Shown here: positions 25,806-39,190 of the stretch, in pieces
Numbering within the stretch: the first letter of the stretch is position 1
How the letters are laid out: the number at the start of each line of letters is the position of its first letter
Assembly (NCBI RefSeq): GCF_004010195.1
Contig: NC_057718.1
Coordinates: 58,773,325 to 58,837,324, forward strand
Direction: 5' to 3'
Length of the DNA stretch: 64,000 nt
Source of the DNA: Chiloscyllium plagiosum
Lineage: Eukaryota
Made by a program: the position numbers and the translations under genes
Notes under the pieces: model-generated
Database searches by the model: none
Told to the model about the DNA's origin: nothing
The model's input: only the letters and a program-made list of their open reading frames with translations

Positions 25806-26840
25806 TATGTCCTGGTAGCACTCACCAGTGATAGGGCCATCCACAATTCTGAGCCTCAGGTGAGTGCAATTTCAGCAGCTGCTTTCATCTCCCCAGTAGC
25901 GCTGTCCTTCAATAAGAACTACCAGTTTCTGATTGACCACAATGAATTAGCTCCAGTGTGGTACTTTAAAGCATTTGGGAATTATCTGAAGTAATTGTAA
26001 TTCCTGGAAGAACCTTTTTAGGTAGCACCTGCTATATCCTCTTACATATGGACAAAGTAATCAGTTTTCAGGTAATGTCCCTTTCTCCAAAAGAAATCTT
26101 GGGTTGTGGGCAAGATGAAACTACAAAACCCCACTGCGAAATTGAGCTTTGCTGGTTTAGTCGGCAAGTGATGAATTTAATTAAATAATTGATCTGATCC
26201 ATTCCTTCATGTTATGCCACCAGCAAAAATCTTTTTCCAAGTCTCCCAAACAATTCAATTTGCTTGAGAAATGTAATTTTCCACAACAGAATTTCATCAA
26301 ATGACAATTTTGTGGTTCCTAAACAGAGTTCTGACACTAAAACCCAATCAAATTCTGTCTGGAAGAGCTTATTAAAAATAAATGGTGACTGATTGAAAAT
26401 ATCAAAAATCAGATTTACACAATATCTTCACACACAGACCTCTCTATGTTTCCATGTTCCTGATATCACTGCTTCCATTTTTGCTAAATATTTGGAAGCA
26501 ATGATCGGTTTACCTGAGATAAGCAAATTGTAATCCCATGAAAGATGTACTGTTACAGACAGTTTGGTCTGCTGCAGATAAGTTAAATTGTCAATTTTAT
26601 AGTTGTTGCATGATTTCTGCAAAGTAGACGTAACAGTTCCATACAGGAGTCTAATGCCGCATGGTTACTCTGCTTCTTATTTCCATCAACTGCTATGCAT
26701 CTAATTCATAACTTTAGATAGTTTTCCAAATATGTACATTTTTCCAAACAGACTGCATCTTAACAGACTTCAGGATAAAACTTATTACTAAACCGCAATG
26801 TCAAATTAACAAGATTGTGCTGAGCAATCTTCATTCATTG

Positions 26841-26865
26841 ATATATATATATATATATATATATA
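26841..26865. repeat. (TA)n microsatellite
   Basis: About 12 AT units. Confidence 0.9.
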
Positions 26866-28074
26866 CCACTTTATCCAGTGTGAATGCTGAGTCATTCATC
26901 CATCTTTACAGAGTTAGCTGGTAGGAGTATCATGTTCAGTCTCGCCAACCTTTATTTTGATTTATGGTTCTTGCTCCAAAACATTATCCTGTAATCGGCT
27001 GGAAGTTTTTATGTTTAAACACTTTTAATGGCAGGATCAAATACATAGGTGATGCTTCCCAAGGTAGAATAGTATTAAAATTTCTGTAGACACTCCTAAT
27101 TTTTAAAAGAAGATATAAATTTCTCAGTAGCCACTTGAAAAGATTGCACAACATGACTTTATATTTTAAGACTTTTGTTATAACAGACAAGCTAAAATCA
27201 ACTTAGACCAAAACAGACCTGAAGGCAACTAATACACAAAGCTACAGAAGTGGTATTTCTTATTAACTCCTTACATACCCTACATTATGTGTACTTAGCA
27301 GAAGTGTTATTCTGTGCTTACAAATCTGAAGCTCTCCCTCTTTAAGACTTATCTCTCTGATTCACACTAATGAATCTTCCAGTGTCCTTTTAAATGATTT
27401 GCTTAATTTTCTGAGCATGATAGATTGAGCATCAACTAGTGAAATGCTCTCTGGGAACTCTTTGGTTAGTAGCTGTTGTACTCCTTACTGCCTTAACTAA
27501 GAGTTTGTTCATGCCAGCACACTGCTTGATGATTAAAACAAAAGCAGACCTTTACTTCTGCTTGGCGTGGTAAGGCCTTTTGTGGGTCTTCTTCCCCAGA
27601 TATTCCTCTCTCTGACTATCTCTGAGAGTCTGGGAGTCTGTAAGTAGCAAGGCCAGCAGTTTCGTCCTTAGCTCAGGTGTTAAAACTTGCATCTGACTGA
27701 GAAACATTTTCTATTTGAGCTTCTGTCAGTGTGTAAAGCAGATGATATTGGTGTGCCTTTTACTAGGAGGTCACATCATCATTTAAAGTGCCCTACTTCA
27801 CTTTGAACCATAAGAGTACACTTACATCATCAAGTCTCAAGATAACAAAGACACGAATGAGGATATCAGCTGCAGAGAGTTGAGGCAGGTGTGGATTTGA
27901 GCAATGTTATAGAGGGGGAAAGAATCACGTTTTGTAATAATGCAGTTATGTGAGTGGAAACTTATCTTTGGATCAAGCAGAATATCGAGTCATGAATATC
28001 TTGCTAGGCTTAACACAGTAATGAGGGGTGCAAATAATTCTCAAGAAAGTGAGTATGTGCATTAATCAAAGACA

Positions 28075-28733
28075 ATTGAATTGAGTTGAATTTATTGTCA
28101 CGGGTGAGGCACAGTGAGAAGCTTTGTCTTGTAAGCAACACAGGTAGATCACATAGGTAAATAGCATAGATGAGTAAATAATCGGTAAACAGCGGGAAAA
28201 CCAAAGCACAGGCACAGGCAAATGTTAAGAGTTTATGAGTCCATTCGGTATTCTAACAACAGTAGGGTAGAAACTGTTTGAAACCGGCTGTTGCATGTGT
28301 TCAAGCTTCTGTACATTCTCCCCAATGGTAGAGGTTGTAAAAAAGCATTGCCAGGGTGGGATGGATCTTTGAGAATGCTGGCGGACTTTCCTTGACAGCC
28401 GGTCTGGTAGATTTATTCTATAGATGGGAAGTTGGCTTTTGTCATTGTCCAGGCTGAGTTCACCACTCTATGAAACCGTCTCCGATCTTGAATGGTACAG
28501 TTGCCATACCAGGTAGTGATACATCCAGACTGAATGCTCTCGATGGCGCGCCTATAAAAGTTGGCAAGGGTATTCGCCGTTATGCCAAATTTTCTCAGCT
28601 GCCTGAGGAAGAAGAGACGTGGTTGGGCCTTTGTAACCAGTCCGTCCACATTAAGAAAGCTTGTTGTTGATGACCACTCCCAGGAGCTTGACACTCTCCA
28701 CTCATTCCACCTCTGTGCTGTTAACGTGCAGGG
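28075..28733 (-). mobile_element. Rex1/Babar LINE, 5'-truncated
   Basis: [15 protein letters not shown]...FYRRAIESIQSGCITTWYGNC; (aattc)n tail; same family as 56568-58237. Confidence 0.85.
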
Positions 28734-31700
28734 CTTCAGCCTTCATAATATTCTGTTGATCTAAGATGGGAGCTCAATAAAAAGTAAGTCACAATGGATA
28801 GCGGGGATGTGAGAAACGTGGTAGTGAGATAGGATTGAATATTGTCAATAAACCATATGAAACCTGATATTATGATTTTAGGTGGCATTGCTAAGAAATA
28901 GCATAGTATCGAGATGAGAAATAGTTGCTTGGGAAACATTAGAGGTATTAGAGTGAGGAGCAGGAGGTAACTATTCCAGGTAATTCTCTGGTTCTGCTCA
29001 GAACATTAAAACTCAAGGGCACCATTTATTTTACTCCAGGGTAATAAAAGAAACAGATGAGAAAATTGCAGCTGCCATGCTGTAATATTTTATCTCCTTA
29101 TTTGGGAAATTTGTCTGGTTTTGATTGTTGGAAAAGCCAGTCAACTATTTAAAAGAAAAATGGGAAGGAGTAATGTAATAACTTGGGAGGAGATGATTGG
29201 AAGGTATCGTCATGAGAGTGAGAGGTCTGTGAGGACATTTGGGGAATGAGGTGTCATTTAATCAGAGACCTGTGACAGCAATAGGAATGTGCTCTGTTAG
29301 CGTTTGGGGAAGATGGTGGGTGTATGAGAGCAGAGACAGGCTGGGCAATGGGGAACCTGTGAGACTGTTGAGCTTCAGTAATATTTAAATGTCTCACTTG
29401 CCGAGTTGTTAAGCTCATAGAGCCATTACAGTCTCAGAGCTTGTAGAATTTTGACTCACAACTTGGAAAGCTGTGCACTTGAATGATACCAGCGATTATG
29501 GGTTCACATTATTAACGTAGGTTACAGAAACTTGAATTGATTTTTCTGAAGTTTAGAAGATAAAAGAATTATCTTATCAACATGGTTACAATTATAAATG
29601 AATACAGTAGAGTAGATATGAGCAATCTTTTTTACCCATGATGAAATCCATAAGGAAAACTCTTAAAAGTTACCATGATCTAACTGGATTGGAGAACATG
29701 GGCCAGAGATTGAATAGTATATTTGTATCCCTATATTCCCTTGTGGGTATGAGAAAATGAAGAATGACAAAGAATTTGTTAAAAGTTACCAGTCCCTTCT
29801 TTGGGATCCTTATTGTGAAAGGTGACACAATGCATCAGATGGAGTAGATCTGAAGTTCTGAGAATAATGTGAAAGCAAGAATAAAGGAGTTTTGAGCTTC
29901 ACTTAAGCATTGTCTTCTTGACCCGGGATACTTTGAACATAATTTAGCCAGTATTTGATTGATTGATTTGAAAAATCACACCAGAAGACAAAATCTAGAT
30001 GGCTACAAATAGTTTTAATGGCAATTCAAATCTATTAAAAAGCACATTCATGGAAGCTTGGAAACATATTCATGTCATCTCCCCAGTTAAAACAATTGAA
30101 GCATATAAACAGACATTCCATAAAGTCCAAACTGTTAAATTACTTGAAAATCATGACGCACATGACTTTTATTGTGTTTTTTTACCTGTTTAATCCTTAA
30201 TATTTTAACCTATGTGTCTGTATAGGTTTTGAAACAGAACAATAATTGAACAACTTTCTTCAAATAGCAATTTATTCTAATGCAGATTTTCAAACACATA
30301 TTATCCATTTCTAGTTTAGTCCCATCTCATTTTTCATATTTCCAGTTTTAGAACAGTTACATTCTTTGGATATGCAAAATGTCAGCTAAGCTTTACTCCC
30401 CTTTATTATGGACTTTATATAGTTGTTTTATATATTTCATTTTGAAGAATGAAATGTGTTAAAGAAGGCATTGTGATGAATTGGTTTTTGTTAGTTTTGC
30501 CAATGAAAAGGAATCCTACAACATGAAATTCAATACTGCCTTCTGAATGCATGTTGAAATGCATCCCTGACATGCTAGTGTGAAATAAACACACAGATTG
30601 GTGTACAATATGTTCTGAGCTATACAATCTGGCAATATTTTAAAATTCCTTTAATTTTAGCTCATTATTTATGATGGAATGCCTTCTTCCTTATCAGTCA
30701 GTATTAATCAAAATGTGTTCATCTTCTGTGCACTTTGACAGGATTGGTATAATATATGGTTCAAGCCCTGGAAGCATTTGTAACCTGCTGTTTTAGTCAT
30801 ACAGAATGTTTGAATGTATTAATGTTTCGAATCAACCCCAATTTGAATGTTTATGCCTTTAAATATCTTATTTTAAGTAATATGATGACTTAACCTATTC
30901 ACTACTAAATTAGGTGTTATCCTGTCTTTCCAAATAGTTATTTGGAATAGTTATTTATGAGAATCTTGTGAATTCCTATATCTTACTTCATTAGATTATG
31001 GGCGTGAAAGTTGGTTTGAATAGTTTATAAGCCCTTTGTTTTCTGAAAAATATTTTTGAAAGATTTGATAATGTTGGTCTCTTCTGTCAGAAATGATGGT
31101 GAACATTTGAGTCATTTTTCTGAAAAAAATGGTGCTTACTTCAAGTAGTGAATATGTTAAGCATTTTTCAAATTGCTGTACAAGATGGCTGAATGTAACA
31201 GACTTTGGTGGTGCTTGCGCTTTTACATGTGATTTTAGAAAAAAAATGCATTTACTCCATAGATCAGTAAATAGTAGGGTGCAATGGAATTAAGAAACTT
31301 GAGGTCAAATTATATTAAATGAAAATTTAAATTCTATAGGTTGTTGTAAACTTTTGCAAAACTTTCAAAAATGAAATGTTCCAAAGCAATGTTACCTTAA
31401 ATATCTGGTTGCTATGCTCAGCCAGTTTGTTGAACAGCCTAGTCCCCTTTAATGTTTGTGGGCCCACTTGTACATATCTTAAGGGAATATTGAATTCCAT
31501 ACACAGCTGAATTATTCCCTGTACAACAAATGCCTAATTGTTGTGTGGCCACACACCAAAATAGCTTTGAGAAAGCATTGCTCCTTTAGTCTTCCCCAAC
31601 TAAAGCCTGTGACATTACAGCTAAAGTTTGTCATTAACCTTAAGAGAGTTGTTGTACTATCATTTTTTATTTTTCTTTAACTTCTTACATATCCTGCAGC

Positions 31701-32803
31701 TAATATTTTCAATCCTCCAGCCACAAGCCCATATTTATGCATGAGTTGGTAAGGCACTCATTCATAGAGCAAAATGAATTTTTAAAAGCTGGACTAGATT
31801 CCCTGCTCTTTTGTTCCTCATGATTTACTTTCCTTGTGAATGTTCTAACTTATAAACTTAAGGAAAATTAATGCTATGAAAGCTACACAATTTCTATTTA
31901 TGTCACCCAGTATCAGGAACAAACATAATTAGGTTAGATGCAGATTAACACTCCCTTTATTCTGCCATAACAACACTTCTTAATCCAACCAAAGCTTGCT
32001 GAATGATTATTATGGCATTTCTATCAATTACTATTGAATAAGAATTTTGATTTGATTTTTCACTCAGTAAAGGACTGGCAAACACTGGTTTCACACACCT
32101 CATGGGAGACTCTTAGTGCTTTTATCTCAATCTGGGATGACCTGAAACCACACTGCTCTTGATGATACTAAAGAAAGAAAGACTTGCTTTTCTCTAGAGC
32201 CTTTCAGAGTCATTGGCCAACCTAAATGATTAACAGTGAATGAAGCATTTTTGAAATATTCCTATGGCTGGAATGTAGGAAAAAGATTGGGACCACAAGA
32301 TCCCACAACATACAATGTAACAAAAACCATGATCTGTTTTAGGTTTAACATTGACCTTTTCATCACTGCCCATAACACAACCATTGTGAACTTCCACAAG
32401 TTGTTCCTCTACTAGTCCACCATAAGTTCAGTGGAAGAGCTTTAGAAATACCAGACAAACAAATTCAATGGCATTTGCATATTTTACATGGAGTTCTGTG
32501 GATCATCCTGCAAAGGTACAATGAATGAGTGGGAAACACCTGTAAGCCTCACTTTTTACATTTTAACTCCAGATTAAAGCTTGAAAGCCAGCACAGAATT
32601 TTGAAATAAAATGTCCTACCTTCTTGGGTTCTTGTTTATGAAATATATGTTTGTTTAATTCATAATAGATGAATAACACAATAAAAACATGTCTGTCATT
32701 CTGTTTTGTTTGGCAGAGATTTAGCAATCTCTCTCACAAAGGGTGATTGCTGTAATATGAATGCATTATTAACAAAGGTGCAATATAGCTCTTGTTCTTA
32801 AGT

Positions 32804-33104
32804 TCATAGAATCTTTACTATGCGAAAGCAGGCCATTCAGCCCACTGATGCTCTGAAGAACATCCCGCCCTACTGCCCATTCCTGTAACCCTGCACTTCC
32901 CATGGCTAATCCACCCATTTCTTGACATTATGGGCAATTTTGCACAGCCAATCCATTTGGCCTGTACATCTTTGGATTGTGGAAAGAAACCAACACAGAC
33001 ACAGGGAGAACATGCAAATTCCACACAGTCACTAGAGGGTAGAATTGAACCTGGGTCCTTGGTGCTCTAAGAAAGCTGTGCTAACCACTAAGCCATTGCA
33101 GCAC
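32804..33104 (-). mobile_element. HE1-type SINE
   Basis: Reverse complement of HE1 head, core and tail. Confidence 0.85.
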
Positions 33105-33401
33105 TATAATATATTTTGTTAATTTGGACAAAGGATCAGTATTTTGCAGAGCAAAATGCACTATAATTCTTTCAATGAGAACAACATTGTTCACAAAGCA
33201 AAATAATTTTCTTTTTCACAGTGGGATTCATTAGGCATATTGGCATTACTCCAGACCAGGAGTTAATAGGTTTGTGTCCTGGGCAGTCCATAACTAGAGC
33301 TTCAGCTTAATTAGGTCTGTCACTAGTTTCCAGGAAGGCAGCTGAATTAACAAACAGGTGCTTTAGCTTGATTTAACTCAACTTGCCAATATCTTGTCTG
33401 T

Positions 33402-33888
33402 GGAGGAGAAAGTGAGGTCTGCAGATGCTGGAGATCAGAGCTGAAAATGTGTTGCTGGAACAGCACAGCAGGTCAGGCAGCATCCAGGGAACAGGAGAAT
33501 CAACGTTTCGGGCATAAGCCCTTCTTCAGGAATGAGGAAAGTGTGTCCAGCAGGCTAAGGTAAAAGGGCTTATGCCCGAAACGNNNNNNNNNNNNNNNNN
33601 NNNNNNNNNNNNNNGCCCCTCCCCCAAGTCCCTCTTCCCTACCTTTTATCTTAGCCTGCTGGACCTCTCCGCGCCCACCCCACTCTGACCTATCACCCTC
33701 AGCTTGACCTCTTTCCACCTATCGCATTTCCAATGCCTCTCCCCCAAGTCCCTCTTCCCTACCTTTTATCTTAGCCTGCTGGACACACTTTCCTCATTCC
33801 TGAAGAAGGGCTTATGCCCGAAACGTCGAGTCTCCTGTTCCCTCGATGCTGCCTGACCTGCTGCGCTGTTCCAGCAACACATTTTCAG
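33402..33888. mobile_element. Palindromic Penelope-like mini-insertion (family A), containing an N gap at 33584-33614
   Basis: 15-bp TSD caatatcttgtctgt at 33387-33401 and 33889-33903; inverted arms; 38-nt tail; intact hammerhead core at 33796-33831. Confidence 0.82.
33796..33831 (+). ncRNA. Minimal type-I hammerhead ribozyme motif
   Basis: attc-CTGAAGA-a-GGGC ttat GCCC-GAAAC-GTC-gagt; stem I attc/gagt includes a G-U pair. Confidence 0.65.
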
Positions 33889-36727
33889 CAATATCTTGTC
33901 TGTTCCTAGCTCATCCTTAGAACTATTACTAGTAACTGTAAAAGTGGGCAAACAGATCTCCCTGTGCAATTTAAAAGGACTTGTGAATGGCTCCATAAAA
34001 ATGAATTATAATGGATTCTCCCTCTGAGATAAACATCTGGGACAATTTACAATGATTGAATGGCTTTGAGAAGAAATTGTTTCCTCATAACACTTTTTGA
34101 CAGTTTTGCAATCAGACTATCTAAACATTTATCGAATAAAATTGCTTCAAATGCTGAATGGTGTCCCTTTCTATCTGAAGTATTGTTTCGCTGCCAGTTA
34201 TGAACACAGTGTATAAAGACCATGCAAATGTTCATAAATTTCTGTCAATTTCTTTCTTGTCTCATTTGATTCCATTGTAAAGGCCTTAAGAATTCTTTGC
34301 ACACCTATTAATTCTGAAATTGTAACATTTATCTAAGTTGTTGTGCCTGCTGTGTTTAGCTGCAGTTCAAATTTGAAATGCTTTTGGGAAATAACATGCT
34401 ATGTAAATTTTGTGGAAATTTTTGATATTGTGTTATTTTTTTATATCCATGATACAGTCAAGTATGGATCCATAAATGTAGCATTAATAAAACATGAAAC
34501 AACTATTGTCTTCATTCTGTCTTTTTTGTATACATTACAGTAAGAGATTTCTGTGTGCTCCATTTCATTTGGGTGCAGACATCTACATTATTTCACTGCA
34601 ATTGATGACCAAGCAGGAGTCTCTATTTGTTATATTTGCACAGTGGTTGGTGGTTAGCATGACACCAGCCTATTTTATCAACCTAATTTTGAACCTAAGT
34701 TGAAATGGTACAATGACGTGGCCTCCTGACAACCTGAGTAGTGCAATTGAATCACGCAGTCCAGAAAGCTCACAAGTTTTATTTGAAGCCATGTAGAATT
34801 AGGAGTGGTAAAACTAGACTTCGCACATCTCGGCCAGGAGAGAGAAAACTACGCCTGGAGTCCTGTTCCTAATAGCTCGTGAGTGATTCCAACTGTAAAT
34901 GTGCATTTTTAAATGTCAGGATGATTCTTGGCTGTGATATTCCACTTCTAACTAACCTGCCAATATTCATTGCCTAAGTCACCGAACCAAATGGGCAAGG
35001 TGCCTGCAGTTGGTGAGTGCTTGGGGAATCAACCTTCAAGACAAATCCAACAGGTATTTAAGGTATGATTTTGTGCTCCAGTGGCTGCGAAATCAAATGT
35101 GCCACTAATATGTATGCATGTGCATTGACTTCCAAAACTAATTACACAACACACATTCTAAGAGGTTTGCTTGGTGTAAAGGTTTGCAGTTCAAATTTTA
35201 CTGTTCTGAAGCAAATTATACATGACAAAACTTACATTTTAGTTTAAATTGTTGAGGATGGTGAGAAAAGAATAGAAAATGGCCTTGTTTATTTTGGTAA
35301 TAGTGATGCTACAGAATTCCAAAATGTTGTTGAAGGCAATGTTGTAAGGACTGTCAAATGGGAAAGGTATGCAGTTGGTGTTATTTCATATTCTTTTCAA
35401 GTTATGGTTTGTAGCTTAGCAAAATTGTTTATATTTACAATAAATTCTAAGGATTAATCAAATTATTCAAGTCAATTATATACTAATTATACTCATTATA
35501 TCTAAACTTGTATTTGTGCACTCCAGTTAGTGCTTTTTAAATTTCTATTTAATTCACAGCCCTTTAGTGCCTTATTTTCCTTAATGTTGGTTATAAAGTG
35601 CTTCATTGCATAAACCTGAAAACCAGCATATGACGTATTGGCAAAACAGCTTTGGGCACATCATCACATGAATTCACAAAAAATCCATTCTGTGTACCTT
35701 GTTCCTTGAGGGCATAACACTGCCTTCAATTTGAGGCCAACTGGTATATATTTAGTCAGCCACATTGCAAGTGAACATTAATTTAAGTTGTCATAGAAAT
35801 TAAAGTTTTTTAATTGGGTTGTAAAGACTGATTAGTCTAATTCTGTACCTGCTTAGGATCATTTGAAGTTAGTACTATGGCAAATGTACAATGCTTCTGG
35901 CGTTTCTTTAGTTTTTCTCATATATTAAAAAAATAGAATTTTGCAAAAACATAAGCTCTCCCTTCTTCACTCTGTCTTTATCTGGAAGAAAGCAAAATTT
36001 GGATTCTTAACTAGATAGGGATTAAATGGTTGATATAACAAACAATGAAGCATTTGTTCTATCATTGCTTGTGTATCTAATCCAGTTATAAACACTGACC
36101 TGAAACTTTGATGTTCCATGGCTCTGATGTGGGTAAATTTATGATTTGTGATTTTGTGGGAAGCCATAACTAAATAAACTAATATCTTCTGCTTTTTCTT
36201 GCAGGATCATCTGTATCAATTCTGCCTTGACATTTACAAAACCAACAGATTTCTGATATTTATAAATTGTTAATACAAATAATTTTTAAATTAGGAATAA
36301 TCCTGGTTACAACAGATCTCATGTCTTTCCAACTTATTTTGTTATATGGTAAACTGTAGTGCATGTGTCTTCATAAAGCGCCCAATGAAAAACATTACAA
36401 GAGATTGATTTAGTTCACTTTTCCCCTGGACAAAACTATTTCATTTTCAAGCTCGAAAGAACAGAAGCTGGGAGTTCATTGACCTTCAAGATTAGAATAC
36501 CAGTAGCTAACCTTTCATTTTGGCAGAATTCTAATTAAAGAATCTAGTGATTGACATTGATATTGAGATAAAATTCCCCTTACTTTAATTAATTATCACC
36601 ATCAGTGGCTGCATTACAAGCCTCACCCAGCGAGTCGCAGTGAAAATTTAGACAGGCACATTTTATTTTAAAATTTATTAATCTCATTATTATAGTTGTG
36701 CAGAATATCAAAATAAACAACTTCTGA

Positions 36728-37005
36728 TTAGATTACCTACAGTACTGAAACAGGCCCTTTGGCCCAACAAGTCCACATTCCGCTACATTTACTTCTGACT
36801 AATGCACCTAACACTATGAGCAATTTAACATGGCCAATTCACCTGGCCTGCACACCTTTGGATTGTGGGAGGAAACCCACACAGACACAGGGAGAATGTG
36901 CAAACTCCACATGGACATGACCTGACACAGGAATTGAACCCAGGTCCCTGGGACTGTGAGGCAGCAGTGCTAACAACTGAGCCACCATGCTGCACTGTGC
37001 CACCT
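36728..37005 (-). mobile_element. HE1-type SINE
   Basis: HE1 sequence flanked by 8-bp TSD acttctga (36720-36727, 37006-37013). Confidence 0.9.
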
Positions 37006-39190
37006 ACTTCTGAAGTCTGGATTTAAATCTATTTAATACTTGTTGCAGCAGAGCATTGGCTGAGCTAAATGGAAAGTGGTTGCTTTTATTTGAATTGAAT
37101 GCTCATGTGCTGCAGTTTGTCAGTCCCGTTATTGTTCTGCAAAAAAAGGCAAAAAATTAAAACCAATATCAATATGGTTTCTTCTCTGATTTCCACTGCT
37201 GCTCATCAAGGGCAGGAATCCTCATTCTTTTAAGATAAAATGTTACAGCAAATAGTCTTCAGGAATTAAGTATGTAATTTCAGAGAATATCTTGAACTCT
37301 TACTTGTATAATAGCTGTACTAATATAAATGTAGAGGTGATGGTAGAATGCAATAAATGGTAAGTGATACTTTGGTTGAAGTTAATAAAGTTTTTTTCTG
37401 CATGCTGCAACATATCAGGTCACCAATGAACTATATCACGGATTAGTGAGATATTAGTCTGGGACAATTATTTTCCTCATGCCTCACTGTAACTGAGCCA
37501 CGAGGAACAGCAAAGGAAAATGGACAAATTAACCCAGCATCAATTTGCATACTTTCCAGTTGAGTGGCACTGACTGAAAAATCTGAAGTACATCTTTAAG
37601 TTATCAACTGGCATTATGTAAGTATCCAAAAACTGTAAGAAGAAATTTTGTTTAACTATTGGTTGGATTTTGTATTTAGCTGTGAAGGAGCAGCATGTTT
37701 TCAGTTCTCTGGCAACTGCCCACAACACTTACACATTTTCCAGCACAAATTTGCACAAGTGTAGCATTAATCCTGTGAGTCAGCTTCTACTAGGGCTTTG
37801 TGATTTCTCTGAGCAGAAGAAAAAATGGTAAAAGCTCTTCAGCCAGTCAGATAGAATCCGCCCTGTCGTTAATCTGCTGGAACACGTCAATTTGGGTGGA
37901 GACTGAGATCAAACCAACAAATTTGACAGAACTCTTTGAAGCCTGCTCCAACTTGCTGACTCTGTGACTCATCGGAATATACTTGACTGCTTGCACACAT
38001 GTGACCTGCTTTAAGAGGTGATTGGACAAAACCATGTTTGTCACTCAATCCAAGTGATACTAACATACTCTTTGACTTTAAAATCAGGCCCACAGATTAC
38101 TGAACTTCCTGAAACTGAGGTGAGTACACAATGGTAATCGAGGGGACTGGTAATATTTTTAAAAATTGCTGCTTTCTTAACTTTAAGTGAGAAAGGGTTG
38201 GTTCGTGGTCCTTTTACTGAAAGGTTACTTTCTCCAGTTTGAACGTTAGCCTACGTGGCTACTTCATATGATAACTGAGATCGAAGCTCAGATGAGGACC
38301 ATGATGACCAGTAGCACTAACGGCAGCCTGATTGTCCCAGATCTGTGGCTGCACAGTAATCAGTGGAGCAATGGAGCGGATTCCAGCAAAGAGATGCCCC
38401 TCTGCCCTAAATCAAGATCTAAACACAACACAAATCCTCCTTTGATCCAAAGTCAAGGGAGGAAGAAGAACTGAAGGAGCAGGAGGAGTTGAGTGATAAG
38501 GACATTACATCTTCAGATGTCAGGGAAACCTTTATTAATGCTTAGGTCTCTTCATTTAGGTTGACCAACGTAGCCATTGCAACTGATACTTCCCATCCTC
38601 TACAAAGGCACTGCCAAAAAGCAGTCTTACAACCAGTCAGCCATTCCTCCAACATTCTTCCACTGGTTTTCATCAATTCATGTTTTCACATTTAACAAGC
38701 ATGTTAGAATGTCACAGCAGGTAGTACCCAAGTATGATCAAGTCAAGAAAGTGGTGAAGAAAATAACATCTAAGAGAGCTAAATAAGCTCACATGTCAAT
38801 ATACTTGAGGCATAACAAAGATTTTTTCATTTCTCTGTTAATGTCCATTCATGGCACCATCTCTGTGGCTTCAGCAGAGATAGAGGCAGTTTGCTCCAAT
38901 CCATGCTCTGTCCACTGAGGTGCTCAGTAGTCTATGCCGAAAATAATCCTAAACTAAATTTGTCCCACCTGCCTGTTCCTGGCCCATATGCCTGCAAACC
39001 TTTCCTATTCCTGTCTCAATCCAAATGTCTTTTAAAAATGTTGTAATTGCACCTACACCCACTACTCCCTTGGGAAGTCGATTCCACGCTCAAACCACCC
39101 TCACTGTAAAAGATTTGCCTCATGTCTTTTTTTTAAATCTCTCTCCTCCCATCTTAAAAATGTGCCCCCAGTCTTGAAATTCCGCATCTT

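Noticed and set aside
30928..30947. Short palindromes (ttccaaata/tatttggaa; also tatggattt/aaatccata near 23152)
   Set aside because: 9-bp AT-rich arms are expected by chance in 64 kb.
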